A DNA stretch of 61,477 bases, the filler included, from Porpidia crustulata (Eukaryota): the NCBI GenBank assembly GCA_964255105.1. It is 8 parts of 8 records of this genome, joined end to end, with 100 filler letters (N's around TTAATTAATTAA, not from the genome) between each part and the next. Parts side by side here need not be neighbours in the genome. Positions count along the whole stretch, not along the records: positions 30,818 to 38,416 come from CAXUWE010001283.1; positions 38,517 to 46,104 come from CAXUWE010001284.1; positions 46,205 to 53,792 come from CAXUWE010001285.1; 5 more parts are not named here. The stretch is one strand, 5' to 3'. Both the position numbers and the translations under genes were made by a program. Numbering within the stretch: position 1 is the stretch's first letter; each line of letters starts with the position of its first letter. The notes below the pieces were generated by a model. It did no database searches. It saw only the letters and a program-made list of their open reading frames with translations, and was not told where the DNA came from. Shown here piece after piece: positions 37,874 through 49,399 of this stretch.

Positions 37874-38416
37874 TTAGGGTTATAAACCTTGCCCTTGTTA
37901 AATTGCTTCTTCACCAATCAAACCCAACTCCTATCCAGTCCGTTTCATTCCTCTTCCTCCCTCTCATCTGTAACCTCAAACTCACTCAATATCTATCAAA
38001 GCCATTCTCGTTCCTAAACCACGAAATCCTTTGCGCGTAATCATATTTCCGAAATCGAGAATGTTGCACGTCATCTTTTACCTTATCAGAAAGTATATGA
38101 TATAAGATTCTTAGTTAGTTGCTACATACTCCAAATCCGAGATATCTCAGTCTATACCTCATCACCAACCGCCTCAGCCATATCTAAGCCCTCTCTACCT
38201 ACCTTACTTGCGCGATCACAAATGCACAATCCCGAGCACCTCGAACCATCGATATGTATCTCACAGCTTTTTAAATGTTCAACTTCTTTTTTAGTCTAGA
38301 CACTTACACACATCACCCCAATACATCCACCCACAAGAACGAACCCCCCCCCACCCTATCAAAGTCCTCCCAGGATCTGTTTTTTTTTTTGGTTTGGTAC
38401 CAACGATCAGGTATAA

Positions 38417-38516
38417 NNNNNNNNNNNNNNNNNNNNNNNNNNNNNNNNNNNNNNNNNNNNTTAATTAATTAANNNNNNNNNNNNNNNNNNNNNNNNNNNN
38501 NNNNNNNNNNNNNNNN
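38417..38516. other. Artificial contig-joining spacer
   Basis: N44-TTAATTAATTAA-N44. Confidence 0.99.
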
Positions 38517-38702
38517 TTATTTCTTCGTTGATTTACCCCCATAGCTAGGTAGTTAGGAGGCCCCTAACAGTACTAGTAGTATCATACGGCACTATATAGG
38601 TAGTACCTTGTCACCTTGTTCACTTGCATTTAGCGCGCTCGCCGCCGATTGGTTTCCAGGTCAGGTGGTCAGGTCACGGGGCACGACGCTACACTAAGGG
38701 GT

Positions 38703-38944
38703 CACGCGCCAGGCAAAAAAAGCCGCGCACCCAAAATTTTCTGCCTATGTAAAGGCGACAGAATTACAAATTGCTACGTTTAAATTCTTCTTCTTCAATT
38801 TATAGATATTATGTTCAATAAAATTTTCAAAATTCAATAAACGACGAGTCCTTAAAACAATAAATCTTCTGAAATTCAGTGGTGAATTGGATGGTGGAGT
38901 GCGGGGGAATTTTTGGGTGCGCGGCTTTTTTTGCCTGGCGCGTG
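38703..38944. mobile_element. MITE / non-autonomous DNA transposon (242 bp) with 34-bp perfect TIRs and a 5-bp TSD
   Basis: TIR CACGCGCCAGGCAAAAAAAGCCGCGCACCCAAAA at 38703-38736 with its exact reverse complement at 38911-38944. GGGGT lies immediately on both flanks (38698-38702, 38945-38949). The interior is AT-rich and non-coding. Confidence 0.88.
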
Positions 38945-39220
38945 GGGGTGCCAAAAGTCTTTAGACGGATCCTGCCGGGCTGTCTCGCTTGAGGGGCCTT
39001 TGACCAGTCCAATGACTTCCGACACTCCTGGTGGTGAGGCTAGTTTGCTTATGTAAATGAAATAAGCTTACTGCCGGATCTCTGGCGCAATCGACCGTGA
39101 ACACTTCGGCACGTCAGATACTATGCATTCTTACCTCATGTATAACTTATAGCATGTCAGCTTTATCCCTCAGGCATTTTTGATTGATGCATACCTTCTT
39201 CGTGTATTTAGCAGACCAGC

Positions 39221-40756
39221 ATGGGGTTTTTTGACCATATCCAAAAAAAGGGCTCAACGGCTATCAAGACGCACGCTGCGCAAGTGAGAAAAGAAATCGT
39301 CGTAACGCCAGTAAACCCTCGGAAGATCCAGAAATTGGATGCCCAGCCTGTACCACGAGCTAAGGCAAGTGTTCCTTGTGGAAGACGAAGGGATTATGCT
39401 GCACCGCAAACTTCCAAAATTCGAGCTCGGAATCCGAGAAAGCGGTCATTGGCGCAGGTCCGGCTTGAATCTGACAGCGATGATAGCCTTATCGACAGGG
39501 TCTCTGAGGAATCAAAAAAGCGGCTCAAGCAGAGCACTGATGCGGAGGTGGATACGAAGCGGCAGGTCCGCTGCAAAATAGCATTTTCTAATGAAGACGG
39601 TGGTGCGTTTCCAATGATTAGCGCTGCCGAAATTGCGTCGCATGGCAAGCCTTTAAAGTATAGAGCAGCATTCGCAGACTTTCCACAGGCGAAAGAGATA
39701 TTTCTGCAGTACCCGTCCGCGTCCCAGCGAGAAAAGTACGTTTGCTACTATCATATATGCAAGTATACGGCCGCGGCTAAAATCTGTAGGTACGAGCTTG
39801 TTGAGCCAATCCAGAAAGACGAATTCGCCGGACTAGAAGACATCCGCGAAGTCATAGAGGTGATAACGAATCATTATCTGCCAGAATCAGAGGCTTTGGC
39901 ATTCAAGGACGACAGCCATGGGCTCTTGGTCCGGCTCAGGCGGGCAACGAACAAGCGTGCAGGCGACGACTACATGGCGTTGATAGAAGAATGGAATGAG
40001 ACACTGACGAGGCTCAGACTAGATGGCACTATTACCAAGGTGCTTGATCGGGTCAAAAGCCTAGACTTAAAAATTATTGAGCGGATCCTTACGCAAACTT
40101 ACTCCCGAACAGTGTCGCCTCGTGTCGGCCTGCTGCGACAGTATGAAAACGGCACAGACAACGTGTATGGCGAATTACTTCCTAAATTCATATCTGACAT
40201 TCTCAGAAAGGACACCAACATGAAATCGGACCAGGTATTCGTCGATCTAGGATCTGGGGTTGGCAACGTTGTGTTGCAAGCTGCTCTAGAAATAGGCTGT
40301 GAGAGCTGGGGCTGTGAAATGATGGAGAATGCTTGCGATCTTGCGGATCTCCAAGAAAAGGAATTCAAAGCACGTTGTCGATTATGGGGCCTTTCTAGTG
40401 GTGAAATTCATTTGCAAAGGGGTGACTTTCTTGAAAATATCGAGATTGGTACAGCCCTGAAGAAGGCCGACGTTGTCTTGGTCAATAATCAGGCTTTCAC
40501 ACCCGAATTGAATGATCGTCTGGTAAGCCTCTTCCTCGATTTGAAGGACGGGTGCAAGATCGTGTCCCTAAAGTCATTCGTACCCGCTGGCCACAAGATT
40601 ACCTCGCGAAATATCAATCATGCATGTAACGTACTCGACGTGGTCGAGAAACGGTACTATTCGGCTTGTGTAAGCTGGACAGACGCACCAGGATCTTATT
40701 ACCTGGCGAAGAAAGACAGTCTCCGGATCAAATCCTTCCTTAGAAATGAGAGATAG
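39221..40756 (+). CDS. DOT1: Histone H3K79 methyltransferase Dot1; intron 39736-39789
   Basis: Motifs [31 protein letters not shown] and VVLVNNQAF. Confidence 0.95.
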   Translation: MGFFDHIQKKGSTAIKTHAAQVRKEIVVTPVNPRKIQKLDAQPVPRAKASVPCGRRRDYAAPQTSKIRARNPRKRSLAQVRLESDSDDSLIDRVSEESKKRLKQSTDAEVDTKRQVRCKIAFSNEDGGAFPMISAAEIASHGKPLKYRAAFADFPQAKEIFLQYPSASQREKYVCYYHICKYTAAAKICRYELVEPIQKDEFAGLEDIREVIEVITNHYLPESEALAFKDDSHGLLVRLRRATNKRAGDDYMALIEEWNETLTRLRLDGTITKVLDRVKSLDLKIIERILTQTYSRTVSPRVGLLRQYENGTDNVYGELLPKFISDILRKDTNMKSDQVFVDLGSGVGNVVLQAALEIGCESWGCEMMENACDLADLQEKEFKARCRLWGLSSGEIHLQRGDFLENIEIGTALKKADVVLVNNQAFTPELNDRLVSLFLDLKDGCKIVSLKSFVPAGHKITSRNINHACNVLDVVEKRYYSACVSWTDAPGSYYLAKKDSLRIKSFLRNER

Positions 40757-40941
40757 TTGGTCATGAAGAAGGTCGCTGACCCAATTTCCCTCCAATTCAA
40801 GCGTCGAGTGCTGTATCAAGACCGGCATGTTGGCAGGCTCTCATTTAACGTTTCACCGATGCATGTTCTTGGAGTTACTCCCATGCATGAGATACCCGGA
40901 GACACGAACAATATAGTAACTGCATTGATTGGAAATTCTTA

Positions 40942-41666
40942 TTAAGAAAACCTTGATGCATTGTTTATAGCATTTGCTTCTTCGCCCATGCGTGCCATCC
41001 AACGATCTATCAGTTCCTGATTTTCTCGTTTCAGCCTTTCAGACTCTTGTTCAGCCATGTGGAGCTGTAGATTCAACGATACAGTCTCATCTTGAACATC
41101 CTATCGGCCCATTAATACCTTCGCAGCATTCCCCCCTTGTTCACTAGTGTTGGAGAGAAAGCGAACCTCAAGCAACTTAGCTTTGCCCCTGAGTTCCTCA
41201 TCCCGATCACTTATCTTTAATAACAGCGCACCTCTTTCTATGGTCAGGTCGTTGATGCGTTTGGTATTGATGGTGGATAGCGCTCGAAGATTTTGTAAAT
41301 CCTCATTCAGCCCCTGTAGTTGAACTTGCATTTCGCGTCTACTACGCTGGGCTTCGGTGAGATCCTGCCGAATTTTCGAAGTAGGCTCAACCTTCTCCAA
41401 GGGCTGCGACTGTAACCTAGCGGCAGCAACTGTCTGACCTATTTTTGTGACTGGCTCGGTCTCTGGTGCTGGCCCAGTACTTGATTCTAGAGTGCCATCA
41501 AAATTCACAGTTCGATCTGCTAATTTAGTGTCTTGATTGATGTCAATAAAACACAATGGTAGGGTGTACATAGCCACAGACAGTGGTTATAAAAGAGTAG
41601 ATTCGCCTTTTCTTTCGTGTCTCGCTTGTGGATTGCGGCCAAATACTCATCCTGCCATGGACTCAT
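40942..41666 (-). CDS. ATG16: Autophagy protein Atg16, 3 exons (41666-41582, 41531-41167, 41100-40942)
   Basis: N-terminal Atg5-binding helix ([13 protein letters not shown]) and coiled coil ending [19 protein letters not shown]...[17 protein letters not shown]. Confidence 0.88.
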
Positions 41667-42163
41667 AGCTTCCTATGACACTATTTATGTCGACATACGC
41701 TTAGACGAGGACATAAATCATCCCAACTGCTGGCTATTAAGGGTAAGGCTAGTGATACCCAATGCTGCATGTTATCGTATTTTACCTTAGCGCTTTCAGT
41801 TCAAGTGTTAGATGGTGCGTCATTGTGTCATTTATAATAGCGGAATTGCTGGAACGAGCTTCCTAATGATTTTGATTACCCTAACTTAAGACACCCTCCA
41901 GCCTTGTCTCGCGCACTCTGTAGTTAACACTTGAATGCTCCTCTTGAATATCGACGTACTAAATCTACCTTCAGGATTTCTCTTGCCCCAAGTCCTGCTA
42001 TTGCCATCCTACTCTAAGCTTGTTCAATCCACGATTGAAGGCTGTCAGGTTAAACCTAATTGTAGATCGCCTACTACTCTTGGTCATTAAAAGCAACCTC
42101 ATACAGCACCACGTAGCTTCTCAACGGTATTACAGTTACTGTATACAATACTCAGTCGCGAGA

Positions 42164-43064
42164 ATGGCTTCAAGGAAAAAAATCTTGCTCAAGGTGCGGT
42201 AATTTAAGAAATTCGACTGGAGGGCGCGCACATGTTAACCCCAATTAAATTACAGGTCATTATCTTAGGAGACAGCGGCGTAGGCAAGACGAGCTTGATG
42301 AATCAATACGTACGGGCGTCTTCCTGGAAATTAGATCTGAAGACCATGCGACTGAACCTGTGTTGCACAGGTTAACAAGAAGTTCAGCGCAAGTTACAAG
42401 GCAACTATCGGTGCAGATTTCCTGACCAAAGAGGTCCTTGTGGATGATCGACTAGTGACAATGCAGGTTGTACATCCAATACACAAAGCTTTGCCATTTA
42501 CTTACAATAGTAAAGCTGTGGGATACCGCGGGCCAAGAGCGTTTCCAGTCGCTGGGCGTTGCTTTCTACCGAGGAGCCGATTGTTGCGTTCTGGTCTACG
42601 ATGTGAATACCCCCAAAAGCTTTGAAACACTGGATAGCTGGAGAGATGAGTTCCTGATACAAGCGAGCCCGCGAGATCCTGAGAACTTTCCTTTTGTAAG
42701 ACTACCCCGTACATCGAGCCTCAAACAGGACTAACGGGCTAGCGAAGGTCGTGCTAGGTAATAAGATTGACGTAGAGGAGAATAAGAGGATGATCTCTTC
42801 CAAGAGAGCAATGACATTTTGCCAGTCAAAGGGCGGTATACCATATTTCGAAACCAGTGCAAAGGAAGCGGTGAACGTTGAACAAGCTTTTGAAGGTATG
42901 TCGTTTCCACATAATAGCTGCGACGGTGCGCCATAGACTCAAATGTCATCATAGTGATTGCTAGGAACGCACTGGCGCAGGAGGAGTCAGAAGAATACAG
43001 CGGAGATTTCTCGGATCCGATAGACATTCATCTGGATAGGGAGAGCGATGGGTGCACTTGTTGA
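42164..43064 (+). CDS. YPT7: Rab7 GTPase, 6 exons
   Basis: Motifs [50 protein letters not shown] and ETSAK, with a C-terminal CxC (GCTC). Confidence 0.97.
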
Positions 43065-43671
43065 TGGCAGGATAATCATTGTGCGAAACACATCGGCTTG
43101 CAAGGAGTACTTATCCTGAATTTAGGTGCAGGAGTTCGAAGCCTCGGGTAAAGGCTGAACATGTAAAGTCCATAGCATTGTACGCTGCAGCGTCTCTATC
43201 ATGTATCTACATACTGCGTATAGTCATTAAAGCATCTACTCTAGCAGGAGTTGGTAACGGCCGAGGTCAAACACTTCAAAGCGATTTCTTATGTCTGTAT
43301 TTCAGCGTATGAACAAGACCCCATTAAAGAAAAAAGACGAGATTGGTCTTGTCTGAATCAGACCAAACCCAGTGTCTTTTTAACTCTTCAACAGCATGAC
43401 AAAATTACTCGTAACGTTGCTGGTAGTATGGGCTAAAAGAACATGGATTGTATTAATAACAATCCCACAAGCTTGATAGAGGATACCGCTGAAGTGGTGT
43501 ACTAGTGCCGTACGGGGTTCTAGGTTCCATCTCAATACAACGTCTAATCAATCATTATACAGTGACAAACATCTCTCAATGAAGCAATGACGGGGACCAG
43601 CAACAGACTTATGCCATCCGGTTATTTCAGGACCTCTGTGTGTAAGCCTTCATCTTCTGTGACTGTTCACC

Positions 43672-45275
43672 ATGGACCATGGCAGCGCTTTCTCTACGGA
43701 TCATTCGATTCCACTGCTAGAATCCGAATCAGATCTGAGCAACTCTCACTCTGGTAGAAGTTCTCATTCATCTTCAAAACCACCATCGAGACCCTTGCGG
43801 ACTGCTTTACTGGCAAAATCATCGTTCGCAGGTCTTGCACGGCACACGGTTGGAATTTTCCTCCTCATTACTACGGTCGTTCTCTGGACCGCGTCGAATT
43901 TTCTGGCTAGCGTACGTTGCCTATGGGAAGACACGAGCTTAACATAAATTAAACCTCATATAGACCATCTTTGCGGATAACACCTATTCAAAACCGTACT
44001 TTGTTACTTATGTTAATTCATTATTCTTCACCATATTACTTCCCATGGCTGCTGTCAAACGCTTCTTTGCTAGTAATAATTCGTTTGGACAAGCTTCGAT
44101 AAAAGCCTCTACGTTTACGTTATACACTCCTATCATCAATGTTGATCATCAGACATTACCTAGATCCAGTGTCGAAGATGATGCGGCAAGGCTCAATCAG
44201 TCGCCAAATACTCAGTTGCCAACGGAGAACTCTATGTTGAACCCCGAGGTTCAAGTAAATACCGATATTGTTAAGGACACGATGAATTTCCGAGAGACCG
44301 TAAGGTTGAGCTTTGAATTTTGTTTCCTCTGGGTATGGACTAAACCATTGACCCAGACCAAGTATCTAGGTTGACATCCATATAGTTTGTTGTATGTTTG
44401 CTCTGCCAGACAATCCGAACTGCCTATACTAATCTAAGATCAGGCCAATTACGGTACTGCCGCCTGCCTAAATTATACGACAGTAGCTAGCTCCACGATA
44501 TTGACCTCTACTAGTAGTAAGAGACCTAAGATAATTCTACAGGACGAACTGTACGCTAAATTTTTAAGGTGTTTGGACCCTGATATTCGGAGCACTGCTC
44601 AGCGTGGAAAAATTTACTCTGAGAAAATTAATCGGTGTCCTCGCCTCCTTGCTCGGGATTGTTCTCATCTCGAGTGTCGACCTCTCCGGATCCAATGATA
44701 AGAATCGCGGTTCTTTTCCGCACAAATCCCAGGGCCAGATCGCTGTTGGTGACGCACTTGCTTTTGCAAGCGCCATACTGTATGGCGTTTATACGACCCT
44801 TATGAAGAAGAGAATGGGAAACGAATATAGAGTGGATATGCTCCTCTTCTTCGGACTAGTCGGCCTTTTCAATGTGATAACGCTTCTACCTGGGTTCCTC
44901 GTTCTCCATTACACCGGTGTAGAGACATTTGAACTACCGCCAACGAGGCGTGTTTTGACCATCGTCTTGGTGAATTCGGCTACGTCACTGATATCGGACT
45001 TCTGCTGGGCCTATGCGATGCTGTTGACTTCGCCACTCGTCGTCACCGTTGGACTCAGCTTAACCATACCGCTGTCATTGATTGGCCAGATTATCTTGAA
45101 TGGACAGAGATCTAGCGCGATATACTGGATCGGAGCTGGCATTGTCTTCTTGTCGTTTGTCTTCATCAATCATGAGAGTAAAGACGAGGAGGAGCAGCCA
45201 CTTCGAAAAACGGGCCAAGGTAGTACTGACGAACTTGAAATCAATCCCGAACGATATCATACGGCCATGGGGTGA
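43672..45275 (+). CDS. EamA/SLC35F5-type membrane transporter (yeast YML018C/Thi74-like), multi-exon with a 6-nt micro-exon
   Basis: Motifs VLWTASNFLAS, YSKPYFVTY, SSTILTSTS, GDALAFASAILYGVY and MLLTSPLVVTVGLSLTIPLS; many transmembrane segments. Confidence 0.88.
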
Positions 45276-45846
45276 CATGAAATTCCTGAGTGGTATTTCT
45301 TGAATCTATCAACCCAGGCACGAAGGTATATCAATGTCTTTAATTTTGAAGGCTTGGGCTCGTATACTGTATTTTGTGAAAGCGAGCCGCTGGACGACTG
45401 CTGCTTTACAGCTGGTTTTAGAAGGAATGATCAGACCGTTGACTTTTAGGCGTGCATTCAGTGCACATGCGTAGACTATTATACTGACGGAATTGAAGCC
45501 CTTTGCGACATCGATAGGATGCCTGACTCCTCTCTTAACTGAATGGATAGCGGTTCCTTCAATACAGCGCATTATGTCTGCTCTCCAACTAAAGCCAAGA
45601 ACTCAAACAATTTTCGTGGTCGTTGTGATCGAGATATAAGTATGTGATTTAATGACAACGTATTATCCACTGTGACTGCGCAACTTCTCAACGAGAAGGT
45701 GCCCAGGTTCAGGATGGACTCAAGATTCGAAACCCGAAGTTTCTCAACTACATATTTCAGTGATATCTTCTCGTTCCCTCCTCTAGCATGTCCTCTACTT
45801 ATTGCCCTCCAGCTTCCCAGTGGACCTCCAAACCGTGTTTTTAACC

Positions 45847-46104
45847 TCAAACCGCAGCCAACTTCTCGCCCTCATCAGAACTCGTATTGCGTTGCCCCTC
45901 CGTCTCCCTCTCGTTCCAGTCCTTGAGCATCCTTTCCACCTTTGGACCCCACACTTCCTCCCCCTTCTTCAATTCATCATACTCCAACACATTCCTACCC
46001 AGTTCGAATCCCCCTTGCCTCGTTCTTATCAATTCGCTCATAATAGCTAGAGAACCCACAGCGGCGCCTAAGTCATGACTTAGAGAGCGGACATAGAAGC
46101 CTGA
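45847..46104 (-). CDS. PUS4: tRNA pseudouridine-55 synthase (TruB family), 3' fragment
   Basis: The frame entering from the contig end reads SGFYVRSLSHDLGAAVGS...SELIRTRQGGF (TruB GxYVRSL..DLG and L.RTR.G.F motifs). Confidence 0.85.
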   Translation of the reverse strand, partial: SGFYVRSLSHDLGAAVGSLAIMSELIRTRQGGFELGRNVLEYDELKKGEEVWGPKVERMLKDWNERETEGQRNTSSDEGEKLAAV

Positions 46105-46204
46105 NNNNNNNNNNNNNNNNNNNNNNNNNNNNNNNNNNNNNNNNNNNNTTAATTAATTAANNNNNNNNNNNNNNNNNNNNNNNNNNNNNNNNNNNNNNNN
46201 NNNN
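46105..46204. other. Artificial contig-joining spacer
   Basis: N44-TTAATTAATTAA-N44. Confidence 0.99.
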
Positions 46205-46970
46205 TAGGAAGGGTCGATATGATGGGGGAGGGGGCTGCGGCTTATTGGCATTGGAGCTGTAGTAGATGTATCTTGTCGTAGACTTAATATCAAACGCTAC
46301 TGTTTGGCGAGGCTTTACAATAATCAGACATCCGTTGATGCAATATCCAAGACCCTCTACCCACTGCCTCCAGGCCTGTACAATTCCCTTCTACCAACTT
46401 CGAGCATCGCGTCGACCCGAGGTGAGACGCACGATATCTATCTTCAGAGACAAGCCACTATGAGTTGTTAGCATGATGAACAGCACGCTTTGGCGAGGGG
46501 CTTGAAAAGAACGCACCGGGGTTTGACGAACTTAGGGGCGATGTGATGGGGGCATATGATGGTTCTCGAACAAGGGGGACGGGTGGATCCCATCATGGAT
46601 GAGTGATGTTGTGGGTTGCTACTTGATAATCCTGGATTTTGAGATGGCTTGGCGTGTTGTTGGATCGTTGTGTGGGCCTACGGATGGTATATCTGTATGT
46701 AGACATTCGGATCTTATTCTACAACGTGATGGACTGGACATGTCTCTGTATTCGCAGAGCTCTTGGTTGCGATCGGATCTACGGACTTGAACGCCTCGTA
46801 ACGTCGTCGGTGTCATTGGATGCAAAGTCGTGGACCTTGACTGAATTTCCGCAGAATCATTGCTGGATTTGTATTAAACTCCCCATTCCGTCATATGTTG
46901 GCTCCCCTTTTCGGCATTATTTGTCTCTTCGTCCAATGGTCGTGAAAACGTATCACAGTAAGCTCAAAAA

Positions 46971-48338
46971 TCATAGAGCGCTATAGTCATAGTCGTCCTC
47001 GATAAAGCTTTCTTCCAAGCCGTAGAGCTGCTGCGTCGAAAGCTCCGGCCAAGGCGCTTTGGTGCTGCAGACCGGTTCCAACTCGAGCATCTCCTGCGTT
47101 GAAAGGTCGAAGTCTCCGTAGTCGGAACTGGCGTATTGGTTGGTGTCGAGGTGTGCTTTGGGTGGCTCGGGTTTGTTGGAGGTGTGGGTAATATGGGGAG
47201 TATGGATGGGGATGTTTTTGGGAAGAGGGGCGCGTTTTGTTTCGCAGACTGCGATGATGTCGTTGAATTCGTCATCCTTGATGCCGTCGTCGAATTCTGA
47301 GTCTTTGGTAGTGCCTGTGGGTGGGTGGACTGGAATGATTGCGTCGATGTCGGAAGGGGGTTCATTATTGTGCTCGGCCCCTTGATTGGGATTGTAGGCG
47401 GCATCTTCGCTATAATCGGATTCGGACTTGTAGCTGTTTTCATGGTCAGGTCCTCCTATCTTATTCTCGGTTTGATTTTTGGCTTTGTCGCTGATGTGTC
47501 TTTCTTTGGGGCAGTCGGAGTATATGGGCTCCTGTTCCGGCATACTAGGTTTTGTGAGCGACTCCTCGGCGACGTCGTCTAGATCCTGCGTTGATATTAT
47601 ATCCAGAAAGTCTATATCATCACTAGCTATTTCAACACATGGTCTGACTGACGGAGGTGCGACGATATGGATATTTGGACCGAGATCTGGAGCTGCGAGT
47701 TCTCGCGCGATCTGCGTACCGCTCGCCAATATCGAATCCCAGTCATCTTCAATAACGAAAGATGATTTTACAGACTCAGCAAAGAAGAGAGGCTTTGAGC
47801 GAACGATTGAATTCGCTGAACGCGGTTCCAAGGGCATCCGAAGCTTCGGTGGGGCCATTGGCAGAACAGGATGGTCAAAAGAGCCTGGTTTTGGTGATGG
47901 AGGAGTTTCTGTCCTGGCCGTTTGGGCAGCTGGTACCTCTATTCCCGCTATCTGTAGTCCTTCTCTCTTGGCCTCGGGTTCTGCTGACTTCCTATCTCCA
48001 ATCTCCGATTTGGTGTCCTCCTTGTCACTCTTTACACCAGTATCCAAGAACCCAGACATCTTGATCTGACTAGGTCCCACATAGAATCCCTTCACAGGTT
48101 CTGGTATATTCATCCTCCTCCTAGCCTCCCTATCTTTCTCATCTCTCTCAGCCTTTCGTTTCAGATTAGCCTTCCTCTTGTGTTCTCTCTCCCTCATACG
48201 AGCTGCTCGGTCTTGAAGCTCAGCAGCTCGTTCAATGCGCCGAATCTCAATTTCTGATAAGCGCGGTCCGGACTTTTGGTATGCTCTCTTAGCTTGCTTG
48301 AGCGTTTGCGGAGGATGCTTTGTTGTATTTGGAGCCAT
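46971..48338 (-). CDS. Hypothetical protein with a basic coiled-coil N-terminus and an acidic disordered C-terminus (alternative start at 48362)
   Basis: ORF of over 450 codons. K/R/E-rich helix followed by PSQIKMSGFL, and several SQ/TQ sites. Confidence 0.7.
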   Translation of the reverse strand: MAPNTTKHPPQTLKQAKRAYQKSGPRLSEIEIRRIERAAELQDRAARMREREHKRKANLKRKAERDEKDREARRRMNIPEPVKGFYVGPSQIKMSGFLDTGVKSDKEDTKSEIGDRKSAEPEAKREGLQIAGIEVPAAQTARTETPPSPKPGSFDHPVLPMAPPKLRMPLEPRSANSIVRSKPLFFAESVKSSFVIEDDWDSILASGTQIARELAAPDLGPNIHIVAPPSVRPCVEIASDDIDFLDIISTQDLDDVAEESLTKPSMPEQEPIYSDCPKERHISDKAKNQTENKIGGPDHENSYKSESDYSEDAAYNPNQGAEHNNEPPSDIDAIIPVHPPTGTTKDSEFDDGIKDDEFNDIIAVCETKRAPLPKNIPIHTPHITHTSNKPEPPKAHLDTNQYASSDYGDFDLSTQEMLELEPVCSTKAPWPELSTQQLYGLEESFIEDDYDYSAL

Positions 48339-49399
48339 GGCGTGGTTGTTTAATAGGCGCATACCTAATGAGTGGGGAGATGTGGGACTATGAGATCTAC
48401 CTTGTAAGGCTTAGTACCTCCACTACTCTATGTCTATCATCACCCAGTTACCTGGTCAATTTGTGACGTCATATTCAAACTTGTCCCACATTCCTATTCA
48501 AAATATCCAAGTCAACTACCTTTCTACCTAGCAATAAGATCTATAGGTAGACAACGTGACAACTTAGCACCTATGCTACTCCAACCAACTGTGGTCGCGA
48601 ATGACTGGCCACTGGTCGTTTAATTGAAAGTATCGCTCCAGCTGTGGACGAAGCAGCAACCTGTATTCCGGCATACACGATGCTCATACTGATGCTATTG
48701 GTGGAGCTAGTCAATGAATGTATAATAAAGACAGATACCTGGTGGCTGTTTCGCCACCAGTTGAAGAGGATAGATGCAAAAATCGAACAGCGTTAGGACT
48801 GGAGCCGACGGGTGCCGTCTATAGACATGCTCTGTGTGGCGTACAGTGGCATTATATTGCCGATAGAAGAGGTGATAGATATATCCGTTCATCACCTCTG
48901 CGTGGTAGTATTGTGAAGACCTTTCCAATTTCTCAGCCTTCTCCCAGTAACGGTTCCCAGTCTCATAACAATATGCGGTCTGGGTAATCTAAACTTGCTT
49001 GGTTTTGACATCGTAGGAACACAGACTACGTTGTTAGTGATTATTCCTTGAAGTCAAGTCGAACGATGTGGTAATGTGCACACGATACATAGATGACTCT
49101 TCTTCCACTCCTGCTTCTCTATCAATCTTTGATCGGTCAGAGCGTTCTCGCATTCCCGTAATCACTTATGATGCATCGTTGCAAACACCAATGTTCTTCA
49201 GTCCACTATGCTTTTGACTATAGTATACCTTTCGTTCGAGGCTTTATGCTCATTGGTTGAGATTCACGTACAGATAAGGCGCGCTTTCTCTGTCCGTGCT
49301 CTGTGCTCTGCTTTCATGGCGATAATCTCTTTTGAATTGGGAGAGATAAACAGGATACTATTCCCGAGTTTCTGCATCTTGTGGGGCATTGTGAATAGT

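Noticed and set aside
38517..38610. TpA-rich stretch suggestive of RIP-mutated repeat
   Set aside because: Too short, and RIP cannot be assessed without other copies.
39736..39789. Apparent 18-aa insertion in Dot1 (similar cases in the AKR at 50065-50000 and COQ11 at 55040-55102)
   Set aside because: These are stop-free 3n introns with canonical donor, branch and acceptor, not novel protein inserts. Retention is possible but unsupported.
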